DNA of 62,056 nucleotides, the filler included, from Stramenopiles sp. TOSAG23-6 (lineage: Eukaryota), in the NCBI GenBank assembly GCA_900128565.1. It is 15 parts of 15 records of this genome, joined end to end, with 100 filler letters (N's around TTAATTAATTAA, not from the genome) between each part and the next. Parts side by side here need not be neighbours in the genome. Positions count along the whole stretch, not along the records: positions 20,827 to 24,879 come from LT637282.1; positions 24,980 to 29,026 come from LT637283.1; positions 29,127 to 33,163 come from LT637285.1; positions 33,264 to 37,295 come from LT637286.1; 11 more parts are not named here. One strand, written 5' to 3'. How positions within the stretch are numbered: position 1 is the stretch's first letter; every line of letters starts with the position of its first letter. The translations under genes and the position numbers were made by a program. This document shows positions 24,001 through 34,404 of the stretch, one piece after another. The notes under the pieces were generated by a model. It searched no databases. It was not told where the DNA came from and saw nothing but the letters and a program-made list of their open reading frames with translations.

Positions 24001-24879
24001 AAGTTTCATTGCAACAGTGCATAATTCATTTGCAGTATCTTTTTCAATAAAACTCTCTTCATTCATTGCAAGGCAATTAGAAGCAACAGCGAGCTCAGAT
24101 TGCAACTGTTTCATATTGGCAAGACGAGGTACAGCAGATTGATAGACACTTCTATCCAAATCTATTTGTGGAGACTCAGCACTACATCCACGACGAGACT
24201 CCCAAGCATCTGTCATCCTTGAAATATTACACACAGACTGTTTGAGAATTTCTTTCGGGCTAAGTAAAAACGCCAATGCTTTCCCACACACATCACGGAC
24301 CTTTTTATTACTTTGGTGAGTTGCCATGATGTATTTTGGAAAAATATTTCAAAAAAAAAAAAGTAAAATTTGTTAGGTACAAAATTTTTATAAAAAAAAA
24401 AATCAAATTTGAAAAAAATAAAACATACATATCATTTAACATTTCCGTAACCTTACATGTCCGTAATTCATCACGAAAAGATTCACTCGAAGCTAAACAT
24501 TCCATCAAGCTTGCTACCGAAAAACAGGATTTGGGATTAGACAAATGTGAAGTTTCACCATAAAATGTGAAAAATATATATTTTGTTTTTGAATTCGATA
24601 AGTACAAAAATTTCTATTAAAAAAAAAAAAAAATTGTATTAAAAAAAAAAAAAAAGTGAATGGAAACAACATACATCTTTTGATGAGAAAAGTGAAATTA
24701 TACGTGACAAATGACCAGAGCTTAGTAAAGATTCAGCGGCCTCAGATGAAGTTTTCACAATCGCTGTACAAAATGAAGAGCATGGATTATGAAAAAATAT
24801 TTCAAATTTAAAAAAAATCGTTAGGTACGAAATTTTGTATGAAAAAAAAATTAAATTAGAAATTCATATAAAACATACA
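21065..24879 (-). CDS. Armadillo/HEAT-repeat protein with two WW domains (5'-partial); introns 24782-24878, 24560-24674, 24329-24428, 23840-23943, 21577-21671, 21322-21410, 21159-21268
   Basis: ARM-like helices (MIEKGGLVTVLKLI, VGEAGAMEVLL); WW motifs IPAGWRIVND.. and WVVKFDSNNGRKYYYNEETSDISWTPP; frame restored by repeat removal. Confidence 0.7.
21159..21268 (-). mobile_element. Introner-like element / GT-AA intron
   Basis: GAT|GTATGTTTT...CCAAAATACAA|AAG ATG. Confidence 0.65.
21322..21410 (-). mobile_element. Introner-like element / GT-AT intron
   Basis: AAT|GTACGTTT...CACAATACAT|GTG. Confidence 0.8.
21577..21671 (-). mobile_element. Introner-like element / GT-TT intron with TT duplication
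   Basis: ACA TT|GTATGTTTT...CACAACAATT|A AAC ACA gives TTLNTISNW; the 1-nt shorter AT-ending option hits a stop. Confidence 0.7.
23840..23943 (-). mobile_element. Introner-like element / GT-AT intron
   Basis: CAT|GTATGTTTT...CCAAAATACAT|GCC. Confidence 0.85.
24329..24428 (-). mobile_element. Introner-like element / GT-AT intron
   Basis: GAT AT|GTATGTTTT...CCAAAATACAT|C ATG. Confidence 0.85.
24560..24674 (-). mobile_element. Diverged introner-like element / GT-AT intron
   Basis: GAT|GTATGTTGTTT...CACATTTTAT|GGT GAA. Confidence 0.7.
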
Positions 24880-25067
24880 NNNNNNNNNNNNNNNNNNNNN
24901 NNNNNNNNNNNNNNNNNNNNNNNTTAATTAATTAANNNNNNNNNNNNNNNNNNNNNNNNNNNNNNNNNNNNNNNNNNNNAATATTTCAAAAAAAAAAACT
25001 AAAATTTGTTAGGTACAAAATTTCGTACGAAAAAANAAATTCAAATTTTAAAAAAAATAAAACATAC

Positions 25068-26958
25068 ATTCCCATATCAGCAGATTTTTCATTATCTTTT
25101 TTTTCTATACCATCTTGATCTATTCCTGATGCTCTAGAACTATTTGATAATGTACTATGCAGAGCATCTTCATCTTCAGTGGCATATGCATCAATTAATG
25201 CAGAAACACAATATGTATTGTGAAAGAATATATTTTGTTTTATAAAATTTGTTAGGTACAAAATTTACTATAAAAAAAAAAACATAAATTCAAAATTGAA
25301 AAAAACATACATGCAGCATCCGCAGCTGATATTGCACTGCCGTAACCTTTAAGAGAATGTCGATGAAATGAAGAATAAAAAGGATTTTCTAAACCGAAAT
25401 CGTGTGCGACAGCTTCTAACTGAGCTCTTAATCGTCGCTTAAGTTTAGAACTCATAAAACTGAATTTTTGTTTACATGCTGCAAGTGGGATTCCTGTCTT
25501 TGCAAGACATTGCTCCAACTTTGCACGACCTTCAGATGTCCAAATTGCCAGTTTTGTCGCAATATAATCCGAATATAACATATATTGTAAAACAAAAATA
25601 TATCAAATTGAAATCGTTAGATTTTTTTATCATTGCAAAAATTGAAATCATAAGAATTCGAATAGGTTTTAAAAAAAAAATGAATAATACATTTGAAAAA
25701 AACTTGAAAAAAAAAAAATAAATTAGAAATTCATAATGAAAACATACATTGAATCATAAAGAGACCAATGCCTATGAAGCATGAATTTATACTCATTCTC
25801 TTCAAAAACTATCCGTCCATGCTCAGCTGCTTTAACAACTGTACCATCTTCTACAGTTAATTCTGTAGCACTTAGAGCATTCTTAGTATTGACTTCTTGT
25901 TGATAGTCAGTGACGAGCTCTATATACGCATTTCGTGTCATGTTTTGATTTAGATACTGATGTGTTACTCCTACTACAGCGTACCACAATAAATCATTGT
26001 TAACATTATTCATTTGTTGTGCCAAGATGTATGCCAAAGAGGCTGCAGGCATACCTTGTGACGCAAGGGTACCACCAGAATAGTACATGTATTTTCAAAA
26101 AATATTTCAAAAATTTGGAATTCGTTAGGTACGAAATATTGTATGAAAAATAAACAAAAATGAAATGAATATATGCAAACATACTCTGAAAGTTTTTCTC
26201 TCCTTGCACGCTTCATCTTTCTAGGACCTAAGACATCCTTGCTACCATTTTCTGTTTTCCTTCGCTTTCGGCTGTTTTCATCAAAGTTTTCATCGTCACT
26301 CATATCTGATTCATCTTCACTTTGACTATTTGGATCTAAATCAATATCTGAACCATCACTAGGAAGATCTCGGAGTTGTAAAGTACCATCATTAAATACT
26401 ACCACACTTTTCCCTTCTGTGTAAATGTTGGCCAGATGAACAGGACGATGGCTATCAAGTACAAAACAACTGATTCGACGGGGAAGACTGAGGATTTCAT
26501 GTAAGTTTACAACTCCACCACAGTTTAACATGATAATTGAACGAAGTTCATCGCTATCTTTTATAAATTGTTCATTCAAATGCCGAAGATCTCCTAAACC
26601 ACAGACTGGCATTATTTTGTACTGTATATTATCACCTTTTAGTAATGCCTGTATTGTTTGCGTATAATAAAGAACTCTATTAGTATTATTTGGTTGGTCA
26701 AAATGTGCTTAAATCCAACTCCAAAGAAAAAAAAAAGAATACCAAAAAAAAAAAGACAGTGAAAACACCAAAGAGAAACATATGACACATCATTTACTAT
26801 TCATTTGCATAAATACTACATACCCTGAGAATACGGCAAGCGCAAAGTGCGTCGCAGTCAGAAGCCACACATATTAGAACTGTGCAGCCACCACTATCTC
26901 TGGCATTACGTAAAATTTGTTTATAGGCCTTTTGAAAATTGGGTTTATCAAAAAGCAT
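25068..26958 (-). CDS. CDC45: DNA replication initiation factor CDC45 (3'-partial); introns 26649-26823 (GT-AG), 26087-26184, 25580-25747, 25213-25310 (GT-AT)
   Basis: DCDALCACRIL, LNCGG, LDSHRPVHLANI, LLWYAVVGVT, FMLHRHWSLYDSM|LYS, ISAADAA|YCVSAL. Confidence 0.95.
25213..25310 (-). mobile_element. Introner-like element / GT-AT intron (CDC45)
   Basis: GCA T|GTATGTTTT...CACAATACAT|AT TGT. Confidence 0.85.
25580..25747 (-). mobile_element. Introner-like element / GT-AT intron (CDC45)
   Basis: TCA AT|GTATGTTTT...TACAATATAT|G TTA TAT restores HWSLYDSMLYS. Confidence 0.9.
26087..26184 (-). mobile_element. Introner-like element / GT-AT intron (CDC45; 5' flank GA)
   Basis: TCA GA|GTATGTTTG...GAAAATACAT|G TAC TAT gives SEYYSGG. 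Confidence 0.8.
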
Positions 26959-27224
26959 GGAGGCTAAATATATTAAAGTGCCGCCCAAGATAGAACTAGG
27001 GGACAGTCGTAATTTGATGAACTGTCACCAAATGCCTTTCAAGGAGAAAAAAATGAGGATTCCACGGAATGTATCTATCAAGTGGATCGAATGATGAAGA
27101 GAGAAAGTCTTTTGGGATTTAATTTGATGGATTTGGATTTTTGTGCGAATATTTTGCCGCTCAAAAAAAAAAAAAATGTTTTTTTTGCTTATTTTTATCT
27201 AAATATTTTTATATTTCATTTTCT

Positions 27225-28289
27225 TTAATAACGACCAGAACGCCAAGACCCAGGCCACAAACTAGAACTTGAATCATCATCTTTAACAATTTGGGATTCA
27301 TTGTTAGAATTTACTACTATTGGTTTTACTATTTTTCTTGACAAATTAGAAATCCTGATATTTTCTCCTTTTCCCTCAATTGTTAAATCATTCTCAAAAC
27401 CTTCATCTACATTTTTATTATCATAACTTTTATCTACATATTCATAATCTACGTAAACATCTGCGAGATATAATCCATCAGCAGGTGCCATTGGTGGTGC
27501 TAAAGTCCGGTCTTTAGCATCAATCAATTTTTCTAATTCATCTAAACTCATCTGGTTCGAACCAATTGCATGAAGGACACCAACCATATTTCGTACTTGA
27601 TGATACATGAAAGAAGGCCCTTCTACAGTTACTTGAAATGATATATTACCTTCAACTGTAACAGGCGCGAGTTCTACTTTAACTTTGGATATAGTTTTTA
27701 TAGGTGATGGTGCTACACAACCAGAGCTTCGAAACGAAGACCAGTCTCTATGCCCGACCATTATTTTGGCTGCTGCCTGCATTTGTGTTAAACTGAGAGT
27801 GTTTCGGGTAATCCACGCCCGCTTTGCACTAAATATAGAACAGCTTGTCTCATCTGCATTGATTACACTAACAATTTGATATATGTATTTACGCTTATAC
27901 ACCCGGTGTCTTATCTGAAAGTCAGTAGGGACTCGTTGTACACCGAGTAGAGCAACGTTGGTGTCTCCCCCTCTATGAAGGTGATTGTTGATGCCTCGTC
28001 GAAGTTCTCTATCTAGGAAAGGACCATGTTTCGAAGCATTTCCATATTTATCAAGACGATATATATCAAAGGAAAATACATTACGCAACGCGTGTACGCC
28101 TGCATCAGTACGAGAGCTACCACGGATGTTCAATAATTCATGAGACACGGGTGAGAAATTAAAAATTGCGTCACTTAAAGCTTGTCTAATACATCGATAT
28201 TTATAAGAACCACTTTCCCATCCATGATAGTTGGAACCAGCATACCGAACACCAGCAATATACCTTGCTAATCCTACAGTTGGCTGCAT
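27225..28289 (-). CDS. truA: tRNA pseudouridine(38-40) synthase, TruA family
   Basis: YAGSNYHGW, GSSRTDAGVHA, GHRDWSSFR, GPSFMYHQVRNMVG, APADGLYL. Confidence 0.95.
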   Translation of the reverse strand: MQPTVGLARYIAGVRYAGSNYHGWESGSYKYRCIRQALSDAIFNFSPVSHELLNIRGSSRTDAGVHALRNVFSFDIYRLDKYGNASKHGPFLDRELRRGINNHLHRGGDTNVALLGVQRVPTDFQIRHRVYKRKYIYQIVSVINADETSCSIFSAKRAWITRNTLSLTQMQAAAKIMVGHRDWSSFRSSGCVAPSPIKTISKVKVELAPVTVEGNISFQVTVEGPSFMYHQVRNMVGVLHAIGSNQMSLDELEKLIDAKDRTLAPPMAPADGLYLADVYVDYEYVDKSYDNKNVDEGFENDLTIEGKGENIRISNLSRKIVKPIVVNSNNESQIVKDDDSSSSLWPGSWRSGRY

Positions 28290-28507
28290 TCTTAAAAGAA
28301 AACTTATTCCTAATTCGAACTAGCTCTACTGAAGTGTTATACGAAAATAATTGACAAGCAAAGGTGATTTCTGTTATGACTGAATTACTTTGAACCCGGT
28401 ACACCCGTTTTAAAAAAAATTTGTTAATGAAAATTTAATGAAATATTTTGTATTTAATCATAACTAAAATTTTATTCTTCCCATTTGTAAAAATATATAA
28501 TACCACC

Positions 28508-28946
28508 TCATTTATCTTCATTAGTGACTATAACAGAGACTGGAGTAACCCAAGGATGGTCATCTTCATCTAACATATCAGCTGCAATTTTCGTGTTTGA
28601 TGGATATTTATAGTACGATCGTTCTCTTTCTCTACTAGCGTGCCATAAAGTCCACTGGTTATCTCCTATTTTATTACATAACAACCACACTCCACCCTGA
28701 CCATCAGTCACCATCTTTGTGCTCATTGGATAATTATAATGTGAACTTTCACCGTCACGATTTGCGTGCCACTGTATTGTTAGAGTATTATAAGTAATGT
28801 AGTTAGATAATAGTTAGATAATAGTGACTATTTTAGAGGGATAATATGATGTTAAGAATACATCAATTATATAGGTGACTTACAAGTGTCCATTGATTCT
28901 CGCTCGAATTCCCACTTGTACATAGAAGCCATACACCTCCTTTCCC
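28508..28946 (-). CDS. 3' part of an unknown repeat protein; canonical GT-AG intron 28772-28883; introner 3' end at ~28947-29025
   Basis: Two similar units, GKGGVWLLC...NQWTL|WHA and GQGGVWLLC...NQWTLWHA, fix the splice junction. Confidence 0.65.
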
Positions 28947-29140
28947 ATGTATTTTGGAAAAATATTTTAGAAAAAAAAATCGTTAGGTACAAAATTTCGT
29001 ACGAAAAATAAATTCGAAATTGAAAANNNNNNNNNNNNNNNNNNNNNNNNNNNNNNNNNNNNNNNNNNNNTTAATTAATTAANNNNNNNNNNNNNNNNNN
29101 NNNNNNNNNNNNNNNNNNNNNNNNNNTTTTTAATTTTTTC

Positions 29141-29176
<36 letters not shown>

Positions 29177-29229
29177 ACCGAAAAAAAAAAAATTGTTAGG
29201 TACAAATTTTCGTACGAAAAAAAAGATAC

Positions 29230-30011
29230 ATTATAAATCCAGTTTTTTTGTATGATGTTTCTCTATGTAAAATTCGTAATAATCCTAAACGAGAAAGAAC
29301 ATCAACGTCGTCATTCGCTATATGTATAGTATCATTATTATTACTCCATGAAAAATCAGATCTCTCAAGAGTGTTATATTTTTTTTTGTTGAAAAGTTGT
29401 AATTGTGTGTATAATTCATTCATGTCACTGAGTCGTTTGGTTAATTTTTGTTTCTCATTTTCATCATTTTTCATTGTGTCCAGACCATTGTCAAATGCTT
29501 CTTGTGCTTTAATAAGGACAGTTTGTTTTTCATATACATCAGTTGGTGATGCTCTATCAACATCTTGTTTTGCTTTTTCTAATTTCATTCTATAGAGGCT
29601 ATTAAAGTTGTTTATATTTGACTGACATTTGTCTGACGACAACTTTACCTCATTGGACAGAATTGTAATTGATTTGTAAATTGTCAATGCAACTTTTTCA
29701 ATTCGTACAATCTTTTTGATGGAACCATTATCTTTCCATTCTCTACACAGTTGTTTCACTGCTTTATTGGCCACTAGGCTTTTATTTGAAAGTCGTTGTC
29801 CAGTACAGGGCGACTCGTCATGTCGTCGAAACCACTTCACAATAGCTTTCCTTTCATACGTATTGCCGTCACTCGTGAGTACTGGATCTTTGAATATTTT
29901 TTTTGTGATGGAACAGCATAATGCCTTTGGAGGTATAGCTGGACATATTCGTTTGCTTTGATTATACATTGCTACAATGTGTGCATTCAATGTTGAAACA
30001 AATGTGCTCAC
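29230..30011 (-). CDS. U-box domain protein with coiled coil (3'-partial, ends in an introner)
   Basis: PPKALCCSITKKIFKDPVLTSDGNTYERKAIVKWF...SPCTGQRL....LVAN. Confidence 0.85.
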
Positions 30012-30462
30012 CAGTCAGTCAAAATTACAGTACTATATAAATGTCTCCGACGAGCAGTTATTCTAGCGGTCAGAAGTTTCTGAAAATCCCAAAAAATCCC
30101 AAAAAATCCAAAATGCTTTACTTTACGTATGAAATTTTGGTACAGATTCAATATTGGACAGGAGATTTTTTTGCTTTTTCGAATTCTATAGGAAAAAAAA
30201 AAGAGTACCGGGTAACAATGCTGAAAAAAAAAATCTTTTTTTTTCTCATCAAGCGCAAAGATCAAAAATGATGACCACACCACACCAACAAACAATATAT
30301 GTACATAAACACATCCATAATAATACAAGTATAAGATTACTGAATTTCAAAGACGTATTCTACTATAGTATTGATTTCAATTGTGTTATATATCAGTATT
30401 GTCAACTATTCGCGCAAAATTGTATTTTGTAAACAGTCTAGTATACATTTAAATATATTGTA

Positions 30463-32282
30463 ATGTCGCGTCATCGTGACGTTCGTAATCGAACATATAG
30501 TTACGAACCAGATGAGGCCATTGATCATTTTCACTTGGCAGATGATTTTCAAGAACCGTATTCACCAACCACTGGGGCATTTATATACAATAGAAATAAC
30601 AATCCTAGCGCATTCTCATTGAATGAAGAATTGCGTGTTGATCCAACTGATGGGAATGCATACACAAAAAAAGAGTTCATTACTGAATACGGAGGAACTT
30701 TTGAGTGGGATGATGCGCTGCCTTTAGTTCGTGAAAGCACAACCACCACATCTTCTCACCATGGGAGAAATCAACAAAAAGATGAAGATTTGTGGGAAGC
30801 AATGCAAAAACAACAATTGTTAAAAAAGAAGAATAAGAAAAAAGCAAAAAATAAAACTAAAAAGGGAACTGAATTCTCAAAAGTCTCAAACGTCTCAAAA
30901 ATCTCAAAAGTTTCGCCGCCTCCAATTCCTTCCACTACTTCATTACAGCAACAACATGCAATATGTACAAAGCATTCAAAATCAAAAAACAAATCAGTGG
31001 TACATAATACGATACAATCCAATGGTGTGCAATATTCACTGTATCGAAAAAACCCTAACCCTAATGAAACTTTTTTGGAATTGGAACAAAAATCGAATCC
31101 TACTCGTCAACACAGTCAACATCATAACCCTAAGCCTAATACTATTTCAAACCCTAACCCTACACTACATAGTCATATGATTGATCAATCTTCAATACAA
31201 AATGAAATTTCAATTGAACAAGTTCAAAAAGAAATACAAAAGTCTAAAGATAGAAAAAAGAAATGGTTAAAAATGCAACAAAACAATTCTCAACATTCTC
31301 AACATTCTCAACAACAAAATCAAAATATTGTCAATCACACAGATCTCGCTAACCCTAATCCTAACCCTACATCATCCACCCTACAAAACCTACAAAACCT
31401 ACAAAACCCTAACCACCAGAATGAAAAACATGAAACAAAAAACACGAATTCGAAAACACTTTCAACGCAACAACAAAACCCTAACCCTAACCAACAAAAC
31501 AAAAATAATAGTCAAAACATAAAATCGAAACATTTCAAAGAATCATCTAAAAAAAAAATGGAAAAACAAAATATTATTCATAGAAAAATTAAAAGAAAAG
31601 GAAAAATGCGTTTAGTGATGGTTGTTGTTGGTCATGTTGACGCCGGTAAGAGTACAGTCATGTACGTTGTTTTTTTATACGAAATTTTGTACCTAAACAA
31701 AATTTTTTTTTTTTTACTACGAAATTTTCATAGAAAACAAAAAAACAAAAAAGTTTTTTTTTTTTTTTCAAATTTTTTTTAATTTTTTTTTTTCATACGA
31801 AATGTCGTACCTAACAATGTTTTTTTTTTGTGATTTCGTGTTTTTTTACAACACATGGGTCATCTTTTATATGATTTAAAGCAAGTAAGTCAAAAACAAA
31901 TGCGAAGATTTGAAAAAGATTCGAAATTTTTAGGAAAATCATCATTTGCGTTTGCTTGGGTCCTGGATGAAAATATTGCTGAGCGTGAACGTGGGGTAAC
32001 AATGTATGTTTTATTTTTTTTTTTTTCTGGTAAAAAAAAAATCGATTTTTTTTTTTTGGTTTTCGTACGAAATTCCGTACCTAACAAAAAAAAAAAAAAA
32101 AAAAAAAAAAATTGCACAATACATTGATGTTGGATTTAATCATTTTGAAACACGAAATCGACACGTGACTGTACTGGATGCTCCCGGGCATCGAGATTTT
32201 ATACCAAATATGATACGTGGTGCAGCACAAGCAGATGTGGCTGTTTTAGTTGTGTCAGCATCCAAAGGAGAATTTGAAGCAG
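30463..32282 (+). CDS. HBS1: HBS1-like translational GTPase (EF1A superfamily), N-terminal part; introns 31662-31856 and 32004-32124
   Basis: MSRHRDVR N-terminus; [75 protein letters not shown]. Confidence 0.9.
31662..31856 (+). mobile_element. Introner-like element / GT-AT intron immediately after the HBS1 P-loop
   Basis: GTC AT|GTACGTT...TACAACACAT|G GGT CAT gives GKSTVMGHLLY. Confidence 0.92.
32004..32124 (+). mobile_element. Introner-like element / GT-AT intron in the HBS1 switch-I motif
   Basis: ACA AT|GTATGTTTT...CACAATACAT|T GAT GTT gives ERERGVTIDVG. Confidence 0.92.
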
Positions 32283-32318
32283 GTATGTGTTTTTTTTTTT
32301 TTTTTTTTTTTTTAATTT

Positions 32319-32355
<37 letters not shown>

Positions 32356-32416
32356 AAACTAAAAAAAAAAAAAAAACTAAAAAAAAAAAATTTTGAAATA
32401 TTTTTCCAAAATACAT

Positions 32417-33071
32417 CTTGGTCGATTACTTCCTTTAGTGCGAAACGAATCTGTATTACAAGCACCACTACCTACTGATGCAAACTTAGACTTATTTTCT
32501 GCAGGATCACCACTACGAGCAGCAACTGCGTCGCGAGGAACTGCGGTGGTTGTTAATAACCTTTCTGCTATTCTTCGCCGTGCATGTATGTTTTATTTTT
32601 TTTTTTTACCGAAAAATATTTCAAAATTTTTTTTTTGGTATGAAATTTTCATAGAAAACAATTTTTTTTTTTTGAAACTAAAAAACTAAAAAAACTAAAA
32701 AACTAAAAAAAAAAAAAAACTAAAAAGAAAAAAATTTTGAAATATTTTTCCAAAATACATGTTTTCTAACACTTAGTGAACGCCGATCCCCAGAAGCAAT
32801 GGCGCATATGATACCTGAATGGTTCACGTATAATAATATATGTATGTTTGATTTTTTTTCAATTAGGGTTAGGGTTAGGGTTAGGGTCTACATATTTTTT
32901 TTTTTTTGTACCTAACAATTTTTTTTAGATTTTGTTTTTTTTGAAATATTTTTCCAAAATACATACAAAAGTGACACAGAAAGTAAGAATTGTTTAGCAT
33001 CGGAAATTGTGATACTTTTTCGAAGATTGAGTCGCTCTCCGTTGTGGCGTCAACCTTTAGCTGTATTATTT
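32417..33071 (+). CDS. Internal exons of an unidentified protein that is not HBS1; introners 32586-32760, 32842-32964 and from 33072
   Basis: LGRLLPLVRNESVLQ...LRRAC|FLTLSERRSPEAMAHMIPEWF...; frame continues across repeat removals. Confidence 0.5.
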
Positions 33072-33360
33072 GTATGTTTTATTTGAATTTCTAATTTAAT
33101 TTTTTTTTTTTTTCATACGAAATTTCGTACCTAACAAATTTTTTTAGATTTTTTTTGAAATATNNNNNNNNNNNNNNNNNNNNNNNNNNNNNNNNNNNNN
33201 NNNNNNNTTAATTAATTAANNNNNNNNNNNNNNNNNNNNNNNNNNNNNNNNNNNNNNNNNNNNAGATGGAAATTGTACTATAAAATAATTTAAAACAATT
33301 AAAAAAACAATTTTTAATTTATTTCTCATCTTATCGAAAATAATGTTTAGTTGTGACAAA

Positions 33361-34404
33361 CTAAAATTCAATTTTCACACAAAGTGTTAAAATACCAGTA
33401 TCAAAGTTAGTATAATCCTGTATAGCTTTTTTTCGAGTAAAAAGTTTTTCACACCGACTCAGATGAAACCAGCCCTTTTTAAGAATTGAAGAATCCACAT
33501 TGACATGATTAGGGTTAGGGCTAATTGTCTCATGAAGAATATTTTTGTTGTTGAGACATGAAGATGTCTGATATGCTACTTTTATTTTTTTTTCAGATAT
33601 TTGACATGACTGTGTCTTGTCTCCAGCTATTTTCTCGAAAATACAAAAGTCATACGATTTTTCATTTTCATTATATAGTAACTCAAATTGAAAAAAACAA
33701 AATGAGCTTTTTTTGATTTTTTTGATTTTTTTGATTTTTTTAGGGTTGATTTTTTTGATTGTAGGGTTAGGGTTGTTTTTTTGTAAAACGTACACTGGGC
33801 TGGGAGATTTAAATCGACCATATTTGAAATCTGTTAACTTCCATATACATTGAAATATAGTTTTTTTTTCCCTCACCGTGTAGTCAAACATTATACATTC
33901 TTCGTATTGTTTAGGGTTAGGGTTTGTACAGGTTTTTAAATGAGAGGCAAGGTCCATTCGACGAATTGATGTCGTACAACCTTTCCGACTACATTGGATA
34001 AATGTAAACCCACATTGTTGATCAAGATGCTTCTGTCTATTACATAGTAGGCCAGACCATGTACACGTATTCAAATTTTCTATTTTTTGTCTTTTGTTTG
34101 CCTTTGTAGGTGTTCTATATTGATTCTCTTTATCACTCATTTGACTATGGATACAATAGACTTTTAGTTTTTGAATTTGTTTTTTTACAATTAAAGCATG
34201 CATCATATTACTAGGATTGACTTGTTCACGACATGTAGGACAAGTTTCCTTTATAGAAAACCATTCAATAATGCACGATTTGCAAAAAGTATGTCCCTGT
34301 TTGCATATAGTATACGGATCTTGAAGTACGCTGCAACAAATGCTACAGATAAAATCAGCATCTGGTTCGCTTACAAATAAAGCAACATTGTATGATGTCT
34401 TCAT
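33361..34404 (-). CDS. RING finger plus TRAF-type zinc finger protein
   Basis: CSICCSVLQDP..CKQGHTFCKSCI..W....TCPTCR; CTWSG.L.....HL..QCGF..IQC..KGC. Confidence 0.85.
   Translation of the reverse strand: MKTSYNVALFVSEPDADFICSICCSVLQDPYTICKQGHTFCKSCIIEWFSIKETCPTCREQVNPSNMMHALIVKKQIQKLKVYCIHSQMSDKENQYRTPTKANKRQKIENLNTCTWSGLLCNRQKHLDQQCGFTFIQCSRKGCTTSIRRMDLASHLKTCTNPNPKQYEECIMFDYTVREKKTIFQCIWKLTDFKYGRFKSPSPVYVLQKNNPNPTIKKINPKKIKKIKKIKKSSFCFFQFELLYNENEKSYDFCIFEKIAGDKTQSCQISEKKIKVAYQTSSCLNNKNILHETISPNPNHVNVDSSILKKGWFHLSRCEKLFTRKKAIQDYTNFDTGILTLCVKIEF

Noticed and set aside
31660-31854. U12-type AT-AC minor introns
   Set aside because: No ATATCCTT donor or TCCTTAAC branch site; copies with non-AT upstream flanks keep GT and the terminal AT.
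31890-32478. Short poly-Phe/poly-Lys ORFs and antisense ORFs in the ORF track
   Set aside because: They are translations of the elements' T/A tracts or shadows of real genes on the opposite strand.
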